NCBI GenBank assembly: GCA_012729475.1
Contig: JAAYDB010000057.1
Location: 5,203 to 69,202, forward strand
Reading direction: 5' to 3'
Length of the DNA: 64,000 bases
DNA from: Bacteroidota bacterium
GTDB taxonomy: Bacteria > Bacteroidota > Bacteroidia > Bacteroidales > VadinHA17
Shown here in pieces: positions 46,901-55,255 of this stretch; position 1 is the stretch's first letter; every line of letters starts with the position of its first letter. The notes beneath the pieces were generated by a model. That model was not told the DNA's origin, did not search any database, and was given only the letters and a program-made list of their open reading frames with translations. The position numbers and the translations under genes were made by a program.

Positions 46901-47273
46901 TAAAAAGAAAAATATATTACAATATTCAGGAGCTTTTAATCCGCTTATTATTTTCCAGGGAGGAGAACTCAAAGAATACAAGGCAGACAGGATGCCCATA
47001 GGTATATATTATGGTGAAGAGATCTCTTTTACCAATTATTTAATAAATGTTTCCAGAGGGGACACTCTTTATATTTTTTCTGATGGTTATGCTTCACAGT
47101 TCGGAGGACCCGGGGGGACAAAATATAAAAAAAGCAATCTTCGTAAATTGCTGTCAGAGATATACTACAGGCCGATGGATGAACAAAGGAAAATCCTTCT
47201 TGAAGAGTTTGAGAGATGGAAAGGTGCTGCCGGTCAGGTAGATGATGTAACCATTCTGGGAATAAGGTTATGA
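43977..47273 (+). CDS. Periplasmic beta-propeller / Y_Y_Y sensor fused via one TM helix to a SpoIIE-type PP2C phosphatase
   Basis: Signal peptide, propeller repeats, Y_Y_Y motif (QYQYFIEG...WSPWS...YTLQIRARD), TM helix, PP2C motifs (SGDFYWI, ADCTGHGVPGAFMS, SDGYASQFGG, DDVTILG). Confidence 0.8.
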   Translation: MRRIFLLVLFILLLPCLLMAQHGSPLLTHYTESRDIENQNWAICQDENNVMLFANRKGILVFDGAEWSLLRIPAVPYSMQKNPYNGKIYIGGYNNFGFLEKDAEGSYSYVSLSGNIVGVGVITKIAFRDSLVYFYGDRSLIRYNLRENVFEMNLNSRPDLPYTGLIITSQNTFVNVTDKGLYRIDSDTLFPIVTGYLTEKEIILFSLPYDEYRVLVGFGSGRLALFDGIKYYDYTIKDENYLQENILSEGIMLGDSTFAFSTLEGGALIVDKYSRDVRFTLNNQNSLPDDEIFAIGSDNTGGLWLSHQYGLTRADLSLPVENYTILPGLHGNLSSALTFNDELYVATSEGVYYLAEVKNYTEVEVLIKKEEPIKTVSVVNEAEMPEQKAEKGRKGIFARILGRTANHIDDIDSDDREEIHVVIQDKPVEQYTWKTVSKLKSIDNIYRKVEGMNEKCRQLVSTPYGILAATNQGLYAIKDHKAELIMKNRYINYIAWTPVGSRYWVGASGGYFAVSFLNGHWRQETPDPGFTNPVHSILQEDSRTLWLGIDNAAYKANLKANNNKVNYIPYVLPNDFPERYMIDMINDTIYIFTEAGIHYYDPGSDRFEFFHEEGASEEPGIIVPVSNHRFYKRGKEWKSLDKPKTKENELSLLKIFDDIVALTLEPDKIWLIDENNQLFGIDRARSSNVKPEVNVYIKSISNGKGVKFTPDNVNFERGDNVLNFEIIAPGYLKQNSTQYQYFIEGNMEDWSPWSERTVYERTIANPGNYTLQIRARDLWGNISEIQSVRFNVKAPFTRTAGFYVATGLLLLLLIIFVIRFRERQLRNKTKFLEDKVQERTFKIESQKQEITSSIEYASRIQMAMLPTEDHIKELFDDYFVIFKPRDIVSGDFYWIGEDSKSVFFTVADCTGHGVPGAFMSTMGISTLNEIISNNHNLQANKILNLLRTKTMTALHQTGKIGEAADGMDIAFCALDKKKNILQYSGAFNPLIIFQGGELKEYKADRMPIGIYYGEEISFTNYLINVSRGDTLYIFSDGYASQFGGPGGTKYKKSNLRKLLSEIYYRPMDEQRKILLEEFERWKGAAGQVDDVTILGIRL

Positions 47274-47310
47274 AAGCGGAAAGGTCTGTCTATTCCTTTC
47301 CTGAAATCAT

Positions 47311-47318
47311 TATCTTTG
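47311..47318 (+). promoter_or_regulatory. -7 promoter box TATCTTTG
   Basis: TAnnTTTG match 20 nt upstream of the ATG at 47338. Confidence 0.45.
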
Positions 47319-47337
47319 CGCAAAACCTTTAATATTT

Positions 47338-48741
47338 ATGAAAATAAAATTCCATGGGGCTGCCCGTGAGGTAACAGGCAGTAAACATCTGTTGAAAACT
47401 GATTCGGGCAAGCAACTGCTCTTGGATTGTGGTATGTTTCAGGGTAAGGGACTGGATACTGATTCAATGAACAGGGATCTGGGTTTTGATCCTGAAACAA
47501 TTGATCACATTATTCTGACCCATGCTCATATAGACCATTCAGGTCTTATTCCGTATATGTACAAAAGAGGATTCCGTGGATCAGTTATTTGTACGAGTGC
47601 CACACGTGATCTTTGTGCAATAATGTTGTCCGATTCAGGATATATACAGGAACGTGATACTTATTATTTTAATAAGAAAAGTTCCAGAAAAGGATTGCCG
47701 CCAGTCAGCCCGATATCTACACAGAAAGATGCAGTGGCTTGTATGGACCTTTTCATAGGGTTGCCCCGCAATATGAATTTCAGAATAGACGATAATATAA
47801 AAGTCAGATTTACAAGCACCGGGCACATGCTTGGGAGCGGTGTAGCCAACATTCAGATTATTGAAAATGGCCAGATCAAACGAATAGCCTATACCGGTGA
47901 TATAGGCCGGCCCAGGAGCAGGTTACTGGCATCACCCAAACCTTTTCCACAGGCTGATATACTCATCACAGAATCTACTTATGGTGACAGGCTGCATAAT
48001 GATGATATTGAAGCTGACGCGGAATTGCTGGATATTCTCAAGGAGACCTGTGTGAGGAAAGGAGGTAAGCTTATTATTCCTGCTTTCAGTGTGGGACGGA
48101 CGCAGGAGATTGTTTATACTCTTAATGGGTTTTTCAATAAGGGACAACTGCCCAGATTAGAAATTTATGTGGATAGCCCTCTTGCAGTCAATGCGACAAC
48201 TGTTTTCAGAGCTCATAATGAGTTTTTTAATCAGGAATTCAGAGATCTGCTTGAGAGAGATCCTGATCCTTTCGGATTTCGTGACCTTCATTATATAACC
48301 AAAACAGAAGACTCCAAGAGACTGAATGATTATAAGAAACCCTGTGTTATTATTTCAGCCTCGGGTATGATGGAAGCTGGTCGTGTAAAACATCATCTGG
48401 CTAATAATATCTCAAATGCCCAGAACACAATTCTTGCAGTAGGATATTGTGCTCCTTCTACACTGGGAGCCCGTATTCTGAACGGTAGCAAAGAAGTGTC
48501 TATCCATGGTAATATTTATCCGGTAAAAGCGGAAATAAGAAAGATAGATTCATATTCCGGTCATGCCGATTACAGGGAGATGATAGACTTTCTCAATTGT
48601 CAGGAAAAAAGTGCACTGGAAAAGACGTTTATCGTGCATGGAGATTATGAGACACAAAAACACTATGAGGCCAGACTGAAGGAAGAGGGGTACAGAAATA
48701 TTATTATTCCTGCAAAAGGAGAAGAATACGATATTCTTTAA
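47338..48741 (+). CDS. MBL-fold / beta-CASP metallo-hydrolase (RNA-processing exonuclease-like)
   Basis: THAHIDHSG motif. Length and C-terminal region are typical of beta-CASP enzymes. Confidence 0.7.
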   Translation: MKIKFHGAAREVTGSKHLLKTDSGKQLLLDCGMFQGKGLDTDSMNRDLGFDPETIDHIILTHAHIDHSGLIPYMYKRGFRGSVICTSATRDLCAIMLSDSGYIQERDTYYFNKKSSRKGLPPVSPISTQKDAVACMDLFIGLPRNMNFRIDDNIKVRFTSTGHMLGSGVANIQIIENGQIKRIAYTGDIGRPRSRLLASPKPFPQADILITESTYGDRLHNDDIEADAELLDILKETCVRKGGKLIIPAFSVGRTQEIVYTLNGFFNKGQLPRLEIYVDSPLAVNATTVFRAHNEFFNQEFRDLLERDPDPFGFRDLHYITKTEDSKRLNDYKKPCVIISASGMMEAGRVKHHLANNISNAQNTILAVGYCAPSTLGARILNGSKEVSIHGNIYPVKAEIRKIDSYSGHADYREMIDFLNCQEKSALEKTFIVHGDYETQKHYEARLKEEGYRNIIIPAKGEEYDIL

Positions 48742-48808
48742 AAGTTCTTCTTAATATACAGTATTAAACCAAATCTTTCGCATTCCCTTCGGAGGACGGG
48801 AAGGACGA

Positions 48809-49489
48809 TTAAATTATATATTTTTTAAGTTTCTGGCGGACAAGCTTATAATCGGGGACAAGCTGTTCAAGCAAACGGTAGAAATCCTTACCGTGATTAT
48901 GATATTTTAAATGGCATAGCTCGTGAATAATGATATATTCAAGAAAACACATTTCCAGTTTTACAAGTTCAGAGTTTATTGTTATCCTGCCCCTTGAAGA
49001 ACAGCTTCCCCAGCGACTCTTTAGTTTTTTTGTTACTATCTCTGATGGTGTAAAACCATATTCCTGATGTAAGGCAATAATATCCAAAGTTTTACTCCTG
49101 ACAATCTTGTCAGCTTGAAAAAGATACCATTTATCCAATATCACTCTGACCTTGTTATCTTCTATCGGAGGTTTGATTCCTGCTTCAATGTTCGTCCCCG
49201 ATAAATGAATATAATTGTTATCTGATTCTGATAATTTCAGAAAGTACTCTTTGCCAAGGAAAAGCAGAGGCTCTCCGTTACTATATGCTCCGTCCGGGGC
49301 AAGTCTTTGGTAATCAGTATATTTTGCCAGGTGTTTTTGTATCCAGCCAGCTTTTTTATTTAAAAGATCTTCAATAGTCTTTTTGGGTGTTCCGTATGGT
49401 GCTCTGATTGTAATCTTTCCCGTGGGGCTTAAAATGATGCTTATAGTTTTTCTTTTAGTGAAAATTGTCTTATAGCTAAAGGAATTCAT
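48809..49489 (-). CDS. YgjP-like (DUF45/M48 superfamily) zinc metallohydrolase
   Basis: 226 aa, C-terminal HELCHLKYHNH motif. Confidence 0.7.
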   Translation of the reverse strand: MNSFSYKTIFTKRKTISIILSPTGKITIRAPYGTPKKTIEDLLNKKAGWIQKHLAKYTDYQRLAPDGAYSNGEPLLFLGKEYFLKLSESDNNYIHLSGTNIEAGIKPPIEDNKVRVILDKWYLFQADKIVRSKTLDIIALHQEYGFTPSEIVTKKLKSRWGSCSSRGRITINSELVKLEMCFLEYIIIHELCHLKYHNHGKDFYRLLEQLVPDYKLVRQKLKKYII

Positions 49490-49873
49490 TAGTTCATTTC
49501 TGCGTAAAATTATCAGAAAATGTCAGATACAGATAATATATTTTCAACAATCACTTAATTTCAATGTAATTTTTTTATTACTTGATTATTATATGGAGCA
49601 GGTTTTTTGTAACGACGGAAAAGAAGCAGGAAAGAGCGTCAGATACAAATATTGGCTGATAAAAAATCTGATTTAAATTAAGAAATACATAAGGAGATGT
49701 TAAAAAAAATTAAAAAAAATGAAAATATCAGGAATATTTACTTTGAAACGATTGTCAAAATATTGAATTATTGTTCTTTTTTGTTCATAGTTTAAAGGAC
49801 CTTAAATTCAAATTACATTATGATTAAACAATATCAAGGTTAACCTGGTAAGTTGGTCATAATGGAATAATAA

Positions 49874-49905
49874 GCGGGTGTTTGGAGGAGAAGCACCCGT
49901 TTTTT
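49874..49905. terminator. Hairpin terminator, probably bidirectional; serves the minus-strand phosphoesterase gene 25 nt away
   Basis: 10-bp stem GCGGGTGTTT / AAGCACCCGT (two G-U pairs), 7-nt loop. TTTTTT follows on the + strand and TTATTATT on the - strand. Confidence 0.55.
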
Positions 49906-49929
49906 AATGCCACTTGATGAATAGTAAAA

Positions 49930-51129
49930 CTATCCGGCCTTTAGTGTTATAAGAGTGATTTCAGGTGGCATCCATATCCTGAAAGGTACGGAAAGGACCC
50001 CGGCTCCTCTGTTTACATAATGATATTGGTTGTCTTCACTGAAAAGTCCATTCCACTGAGGATAAAGGTATTTGGCTGTACTCCACCTGAAATTACGGGT
50101 AATGACACCCATCTGCATACCATGGCTATGTCCCGAGAGGGTGATATCTATGTCAGTTTTTCCCGCGATATCTTCTTTCCACTGATTCGGATCATGACAA
50201 ATCATTATCTTCAGGTTGGCACTGTCAATATTCTTAATAATGGAATTAATATCACTGTGAATAATATTGGGGTGGCTTCCTCCTGTTTTAACGCCAATCA
50301 CTGCTATTTTGCACTTACCTGTTTTTATTAATGAATATTCATTTTCCAGAAGGGTGTAACCCGATGAAGAGATCAGCTCTTTTAATCTGAGAGAGTTGAG
50401 ATTTAGTGTTTCTTTGTTGTGATCAGGAAGGTAAGTTCCCATATCATGGTTGCCAAGCACTGCAAAATTGCCATATTTGCTTGTTGCTTTTATAAGTATT
50501 GTATCGAAATTATCGTATTCTCTCCATCCGTAGCTTACAAAATCTCCTGAGTTGATTATCATGTCGGGATCAAGACCATTGATTATCTCAATGGCTTCAG
50601 TAAGTTCTTTGTTGTGGTTACAAAAGCCACTCAGATGTAAATCGGCAATGTGTACTATTCTAAAACCATCAAGCTCTTTTTTCAGATCTTCTATTTCTAT
50701 TGTTATTTGTTCTGTCTGGAAATTGAACCTGCCTTTTAAAAAACCTGATGCCAGAATTATAAAATACACCGATGCAGATATAAAACCTGCGGCAGTAAGG
50801 CTTTCAATGTAGCTCCGGCTGCGTTTTCTCAACAGTTTTCCAAGGTAATGCAAACAGATGATCAATATCCTGTTAAGGAGGATGGCAATGAGTAAGCCAT
50901 TGAAGATCATCTCATTGTAGATATTTTCCAGTGTGTCAAAAAAACCATCCCATGTTTTTACTCTGATAAAAGCTATCCAGAGCCAGATACTAAAGGCAAG
51001 ATGCAGAGGCAGCAGGACAATAAACCCGGTTTTCGAGTACCGGAGTATAAATTCTTTCAATACGAAGAAAGAAAGGATTTCGGTTATTATCAGGACTAAT
51101 AACATCAGTCTAAAAAATGTTATTTGCAA
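49930..51129 (-). CDS. Membrane-anchored calcineurin-like metallophosphoesterase
   Basis: N-terminal TM helices, then VHIADLHLS, SGDFV, GNHD, GHSHG motifs. Confidence 0.8.
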   Translation of the reverse strand: MQITFFRLMLLVLIITEILSFFVLKEFILRYSKTGFIVLLPLHLAFSIWLWIAFIRVKTWDGFFDTLENIYNEMIFNGLLIAILLNRILIICLHYLGKLLRKRSRSYIESLTAAGFISASVYFIILASGFLKGRFNFQTEQITIEIEDLKKELDGFRIVHIADLHLSGFCNHNKELTEAIEIINGLDPDMIINSGDFVSYGWREYDNFDTILIKATSKYGNFAVLGNHDMGTYLPDHNKETLNLNSLRLKELISSSGYTLLENEYSLIKTGKCKIAVIGVKTGGSHPNIIHSDINSIIKNIDSANLKIMICHDPNQWKEDIAGKTDIDITLSGHSHGMQMGVITRNFRWSTAKYLYPQWNGLFSEDNQYHYVNRGAGVLSVPFRIWMPPEITLITLKAG

Positions 51130-51174
51130 AAGTACTCAATTAATGCTAAAAGTTTTTATATTGGATCTTTTCAT

Positions 51175-51624
51175 ATGGAAGATATGGCAGCAAGAGTTAT
51201 GTTTTACGGGGTGGATTATATACCTGAGGAAGGATTGACCTATTCGGTTATACCGGCGCGGTACAGAAGAAGGTGGATTTTTGTCAGACATTATGACAGT
51301 GATGGATGGGAGCTTGCAGCCGGGCATATTGAAAAGGGAGAGTCAGCTGAAGATGCTGCGGGCAGAGAGCTTACAGAAGAGACCGGTGCCCGGGAATTTA
51401 TGTTATATCCTGTAGCAACTTATTCTGTGGAAGAGAATGGTGTAAAAGATTACGGGCAACTGTTTTTTGCAGAAGTGACAGAGATGAGTGATCACACTGA
51501 TATTGCAGAGATATCGGAGGTCATTATATGTGATTGGTTACCTGAAGACATGACATATCCGGATATTCAGCCGGTATTATTCAGAAAAGTTATTGGGTAT
51601 ATCAGGGAGAAGAGTCTGTTTTAA
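51175..51624 (+). CDS. NUDIX hydrolase
   Basis: NUDIX box GHIEKGESAEDAAGRELTEETG. ATG at 51175 preferred over the TTG at 51124. Confidence 0.75.
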   Translation: MEDMAARVMFYGVDYIPEEGLTYSVIPARYRRRWIFVRHYDSDGWELAAGHIEKGESAEDAAGRELTEETGAREFMLYPVATYSVEENGVKDYGQLFFAEVTEMSDHTDIAEISEVIICDWLPEDMTYPDIQPVLFRKVIGYIREKSLF

Positions 51625-52805
51625 ATATACTCGAAGCTTATCTTTTTTATCCAGTTTTCCTCAAGCAGGCGTGCTATACGTTTGATTACAGTTCGTCTTA
51701 TCTCCAGTTCTACAGGCAGGGTGGGGTCCTGGTGGGCAATATTTATTCTAGTACCGATAATAAAATGTATTTCGTCACTTTCCATCAACAGGCGGACAAT
51801 TTTGTCAGCAGGGCCCTTTCCCAGTTTAACACTGTTATTGAATGTTTTAAGAATTACATTAACTTTCTGGAGGGTCAGTATGCCTTCAGTGACAAGGTCA
51901 ATACCTTCCAGAAAACTTTCAGGAGGCAGTTCCGGATCTTCAAAAATTAGATTATCAACAATTTTTCTGTTAAGTTCTCGTGCAATTATGTCGGCAGTTG
52001 TTCCTCCGCAGAGAATAACTCTGCCCGGATAATTTTTAACTTTTGCAGCAAGTTCCCTGTCTTTTTCCTTTTCATACGGAGGTCCGGTACACAACAGCAG
52101 TTTTCTGGGTTCACGGAAGTACATGACAGCACAACTGATATCATCTTTTGCCTTGTAATGGTCATTTTTATAGGCCATGCTTACAATTTTCGAGGCCAGC
52201 ATAGATGCCGACAGTGACGGATTACCCGAGACAAGAGTGGCTGCATAAGATGCAATATTATCTCTTTCCCATCCGAAAGGAAATGAATCACTGCCCATTC
52301 CACTCTGTGAAGCTCCGTCGGAACAGATTATTATTCTGTCTTCTTTTTCGGGGATGAAGGTACAGGATCTGAGGATCTTGCCTGCATGTTGTCCTTTTTC
52401 CAGAATTATTTCTTTCCACTGAGGATCAAATAACTTACTACCCCTAAGTATTATGGTTAATGGATTATCGTATTCGAGTATGTTTACTTTTCCGCTGCTT
52501 TCAATATCTGCTATGGTAAACGTAGAATATGCTATTTTTCTGTTACTGCATACAGGCAGGGTATTCATAATTATTTCTGCAATAAGGTCCACCTCCTTGT
52601 GTTCCCGGGTGAAATTGAGGGCCATTGTGGCAGTCAGGGTGGCAAGAATGTTTGCTTTTACACCGTGACCCATACCATCGGATAACACTGCAATTATCCT
52701 GTCCTCTTCCTTAATATATTTATTGAGAAAAACATCGCCGCAGATCCTTTCTCCGTAGTGATTTCTCTGTTGGCTGTTGACCTCAATATAAAAATCCTTT
52801 TGCAT
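51621..52805 (-). CDS. SpoIIE/PP2C-type serine phosphatase with an extra C-terminal domain of about 190 aa; last gene of the hydS-like operon
   Basis: GERICGDVFL and VLSDGMGHGVKANILA PP2C motifs. 11-nt gap to the upstream H-domain gene. Confidence 0.75.
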   Translation of the reverse strand: MQKDFYIEVNSQQRNHYGERICGDVFLNKYIKEEDRIIAVLSDGMGHGVKANILATLTATMALNFTREHKEVDLIAEIIMNTLPVCSNRKIAYSTFTIADIESSGKVNILEYDNPLTIILRGSKLFDPQWKEIILEKGQHAGKILRSCTFIPEKEDRIIICSDGASQSGMGSDSFPFGWERDNIASYAATLVSGNPSLSASMLASKIVSMAYKNDHYKAKDDISCAVMYFREPRKLLLCTGPPYEKEKDRELAAKVKNYPGRVILCGGTTADIIARELNRKIVDNLIFEDPELPPESFLEGIDLVTEGILTLQKVNVILKTFNNSVKLGKGPADKIVRLLMESDEIHFIIGTRINIAHQDPTLPVELEIRRTVIKRIARLLEENWIKKISFEYI

Positions 52806-52816
52806 GAAAATGCTTA

Positions 52817-54694
52817 TCAGTTACCTTTTTTTGTGCTTCTTTTTTTATGTGTTTCAATAATTGAGTTTAACATCTGTTCTGTTTCAGAAGCTCCTTCTCC
52901 AAGAAGAAATCCTATATTCTGAACCATCTCAAGGTTTTTGTCAATAACCTCACTTACTCTGTTGATAAGTTCTTCCCCCTGGACCTCAGGGGCATACAGG
53001 TCGCGAATGACAGCACCGCAGATCTTGTTTTTCTTAATGGGGAAGATTGATATGTTAAGCATCTTTTCTTCTATATGGATATCTTTGCTCACAACGGGTT
53101 CATCTTCTTTCAGGACAAAAGTGAACATATTGTAAACGTTGAAAGGCATAAGCGTTTTCAAATCAGCACCTGCCAGTCCGGGTATTATTTCTGATATTGC
53201 CTGGGCATCTTCCCCAATGATATTTATGAAGCTTTGATTTGAGTGGACAACCTTCAGGGCATTGTCAACTATGACAACAGCACTTGGTAATTTTTCAAGC
53301 ATGTTGTTCATCATCTCTGAGGTATTTTGTGCAAGTTCTTTTTCTTTCAGAGCTAATTCTTCAGATTCTTTCAATGCCCTTTTTGTTTCAGCCAGTTTTC
53401 TGTTAGTCTGTCTAAGAGTCTCTATGTATTCCTGTTTATTGCGGACATTGTATGTGTGGCACATTTCCGGCACCGCAAGTCCTTTGGCAACAGTAGTGGC
53501 AAAGTCGCGGCACGACTTGTATCCACATGCTCCACAATCGAGTTCATCTTTTGGGTCCTGTCTGCCTATTATTTTAAGTACTTCATTTATTGCTTCTTCC
53601 GGAGGTTCCTGTATCCTTTGGTCGTTAGGGGTAAAGGAGCGGGAGAAATCAAGTTTCAACCATCTATCCATATTTTTTTGCCATAAATCCTTGTCAAGAG
53701 TGCTAATTCTTTTCTCTGTATAACGGCTTACGAGAGCCCTTCTCCTGAACTTTTCCATATGGTTCTCCATGCCGGGGCCAAGCAGGCAGCCATGGCAAAA
53801 AAACAGATTAAAATGATGTCTGAGAGTATCAATATATTTATCAAAATCATTAATAGCTTCAAGAGCATCTTCCTTCCCTGAAGCTGTTATGACTCTGCTG
53901 GAAATCATGTCCCTTTTCAGGCCTCCGGCCTGTATTATCCCTGCGGGAACAGGATATAAAGCTCCCCAGTAACCATAAGGCGGATCAAATTCCGACATTT
54001 TTACCAGTCGTTCCTGTATCCCGTATTCATCGAAGAGCTGCCTGAGCTCTATAAATGTCAAAACTCCGTCAACCAGTCTTCCCGACCTGTAAATTAATGC
54101 TTCATCTTTTGCATCAATACACGGACCTATCTGAATGGTGATGACATCTTCTCCATAAAGTTCCTTTACTACCATTGCTGTCGCAATCATCGGTGAAACG
54201 ATAGGAGCCAGATTAGATGCAATTTCCGGATGGAATTTTTCAATCAACTTAACTATAGCAGGACAATTAGCGGTGATGTAGTACTTTCCTTCAGCCTCAC
54301 TGAAGAGTTCTGCATATTTTGACGCAATAAGATCAACACCGAACGAAACCTCATGAACATAGTCGAAGCCAAGTGATCTGATCATAGCCACAAATTTTCT
54401 ATAATCGGTTATGTCATCAAATTCTGAAGCTATACTGGGTTCAATAAGAGCTGCTTTCTTTTTTTCTGATTTAAGGAGGTGTTTAACCTCCTCTTTTGAA
54501 TCACGAAATTCAATGGCACGCGGAGAGCAGGAAACATAACACAGACCACACCCGATACACCTGGAAGGAATAATTGTGGGATGCTCTTTCTGAGGCCTTA
54601 CTTCAATCGCATTAACAGGGCAAACCCGCACACAGGAATATGAATTACGGCATTTATCATCATTGATGTACAGAACCGGCTTCCTTTCGTTCAT
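52817..54694 (-). CDS. hydS: Putative sensory [FeFe]-hydrogenase-like protein (HydS type): 2x ferredoxin-like motifs, H-cluster domain, Cx2Cx4Cx16C motif, PAS
   Basis: H-domain motifs TANCP (54260-54274), GPCIDAKDE, FFCHGCLLGPG. Also CGACGYKSC..(16)..C, a coiled coil, then a PAS-like segment (VVIVDNALKVVHSNQSFINIIG). Confidence 0.75.
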   Translation of the reverse strand: MNERKPVLYINDDKCRNSYSCVRVCPVNAIEVRPQKEHPTIIPSRCIGCGLCYVSCSPRAIEFRDSKEEVKHLLKSEKKKAALIEPSIASEFDDITDYRKFVAMIRSLGFDYVHEVSFGVDLIASKYAELFSEAEGKYYITANCPAIVKLIEKFHPEIASNLAPIVSPMIATAMVVKELYGEDVITIQIGPCIDAKDEALIYRSGRLVDGVLTFIELRQLFDEYGIQERLVKMSEFDPPYGYWGALYPVPAGIIQAGGLKRDMISSRVITASGKEDALEAINDFDKYIDTLRHHFNLFFCHGCLLGPGMENHMEKFRRRALVSRYTEKRISTLDKDLWQKNMDRWLKLDFSRSFTPNDQRIQEPPEEAINEVLKIIGRQDPKDELDCGACGYKSCRDFATTVAKGLAVPEMCHTYNVRNKQEYIETLRQTNRKLAETKRALKESEELALKEKELAQNTSEMMNNMLEKLPSAVVIVDNALKVVHSNQSFINIIGEDAQAISEIIPGLAGADLKTLMPFNVYNMFTFVLKEDEPVVSKDIHIEEKMLNISIFPIKKNKICGAVIRDLYAPEVQGEELINRVSEVIDKNLEMVQNIGFLLGEGASETEQMLNSIIETHKKRSTKKGN

Positions 54695-54720
54695 CTTATT
54701 CTATCATTTCGGAATTATTT

Positions 54721-54966
54721 TTATTTCGAGAATTCCCTGTCAAGGATCTCTTCAATATTCGAAAGTGAGATGCCCTCTATAACCTTATCTCCAATCCTGA
54801 TATTGGGCCCCTTACTACATCTGCCCATACAACGGTCTCCCTTAAAAACAACTTTGTCTTCAAGATAGTTTTTTTTCAGATATTCTCTTATAAAAGTAAC
54901 CAGCTCTTTGTTGCCTCTCGAAAAACAAGAACTGCCCAGACAAATTTGCATCTCATTTACCTGCAT
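54721..54966 (-). CDS. Small thioredoxin-like [2Fe-2S] ferredoxin (NuoE-type fold)
   Basis: 81 aa with Cx4C...Cx3C (CLGSSC ... CMGRC). Confidence 0.7.
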   Translation of the reverse strand: MQVNEMQICLGSSCFSRGNKELVTFIREYLKKNYLEDKVVFKGDRCMGRCSKGPNIRIGDKVIEGISLSNIEEILDREFSK

Positions 54967-54998
54967 AATTTCTAATGCTCATTGTAAAACATCCGCAT

Positions 54999-55006
54999 CA
55001 AAAATA
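54999..55006 (-). promoter_or_regulatory. -7 promoter box TATTTTTG (minus strand) for the 2Fe-2S/hydS/PP2C operon
   Basis: Plus strand reads CAAAAATA, 33 nt upstream of the ATG at 54966. Confidence 0.4.
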
Positions 55007-55182
55007 CTAATTAATTTTTAGCAGCTAATATCATATATCATAATATAACTGTCATATTTTATGTATTCCTTAGCTCATTATTAGTATTATTAATAAATAA
55101 ATCTGTAAATTTTACTCCGGCTGTTCGCACTGATGACTTAAAAACACACTTCAGAATCACACTTAAAAAACCCGGAATTTTA

Positions 55183-55196
55183 TTGTTATTTAACAA
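55183..55196. promoter_or_regulatory. Palindrome TTGTTA-TT-TAACAA (Rex-type half-sites, non-canonical spacing)
   Basis: Read directly; lies 4 nt upstream of the 18-nt Rex-like operator. Confidence 0.3.
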
Positions 55197-55199
55197 ACA

Positions 55200-55217
55200 T
55201 TGTTATTTTATTAACAA
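55200..55217. promoter_or_regulatory. Candidate Rex operator TTGTTATTTTATTAACAA overlapping the -33 region of the hydCBA promoter
   Basis: 17 of 18 match to the clostridial-type Rex consensus TTGTTAA-N4-TTAACAA. It ends 9 nt upstream of the -7 box, and rex is encoded in the same operon. Confidence 0.55.
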
Positions 55218-55225
55218 TAAAATAT

Positions 55226-55233
55226 TATATTTG
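55226..55233 (+). promoter_or_regulatory. -7 promoter box TATATTTG for the hydC-hydB-hydA-sensor operon
   Basis: TAnnTTTG match 22 nt upstream of the ATG at 55256. This excludes the GTG at 55235 as the start. Confidence 0.5.
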
Positions 55234-55255
55234 TGTGGTATATAAAACATATCTG

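Noticed and set aside
49697-49795. 32-codon ORF preceded by an AAGGAG Shine-Dalgarno-like sequence
   Set aside because: The sequence is Lys/Asn/Ile-rich and derives from A-runs. Bacteroidota rarely rely on Shine-Dalgarno pairing. I have no supporting evidence, so it is kept only as a note within the gap finding.
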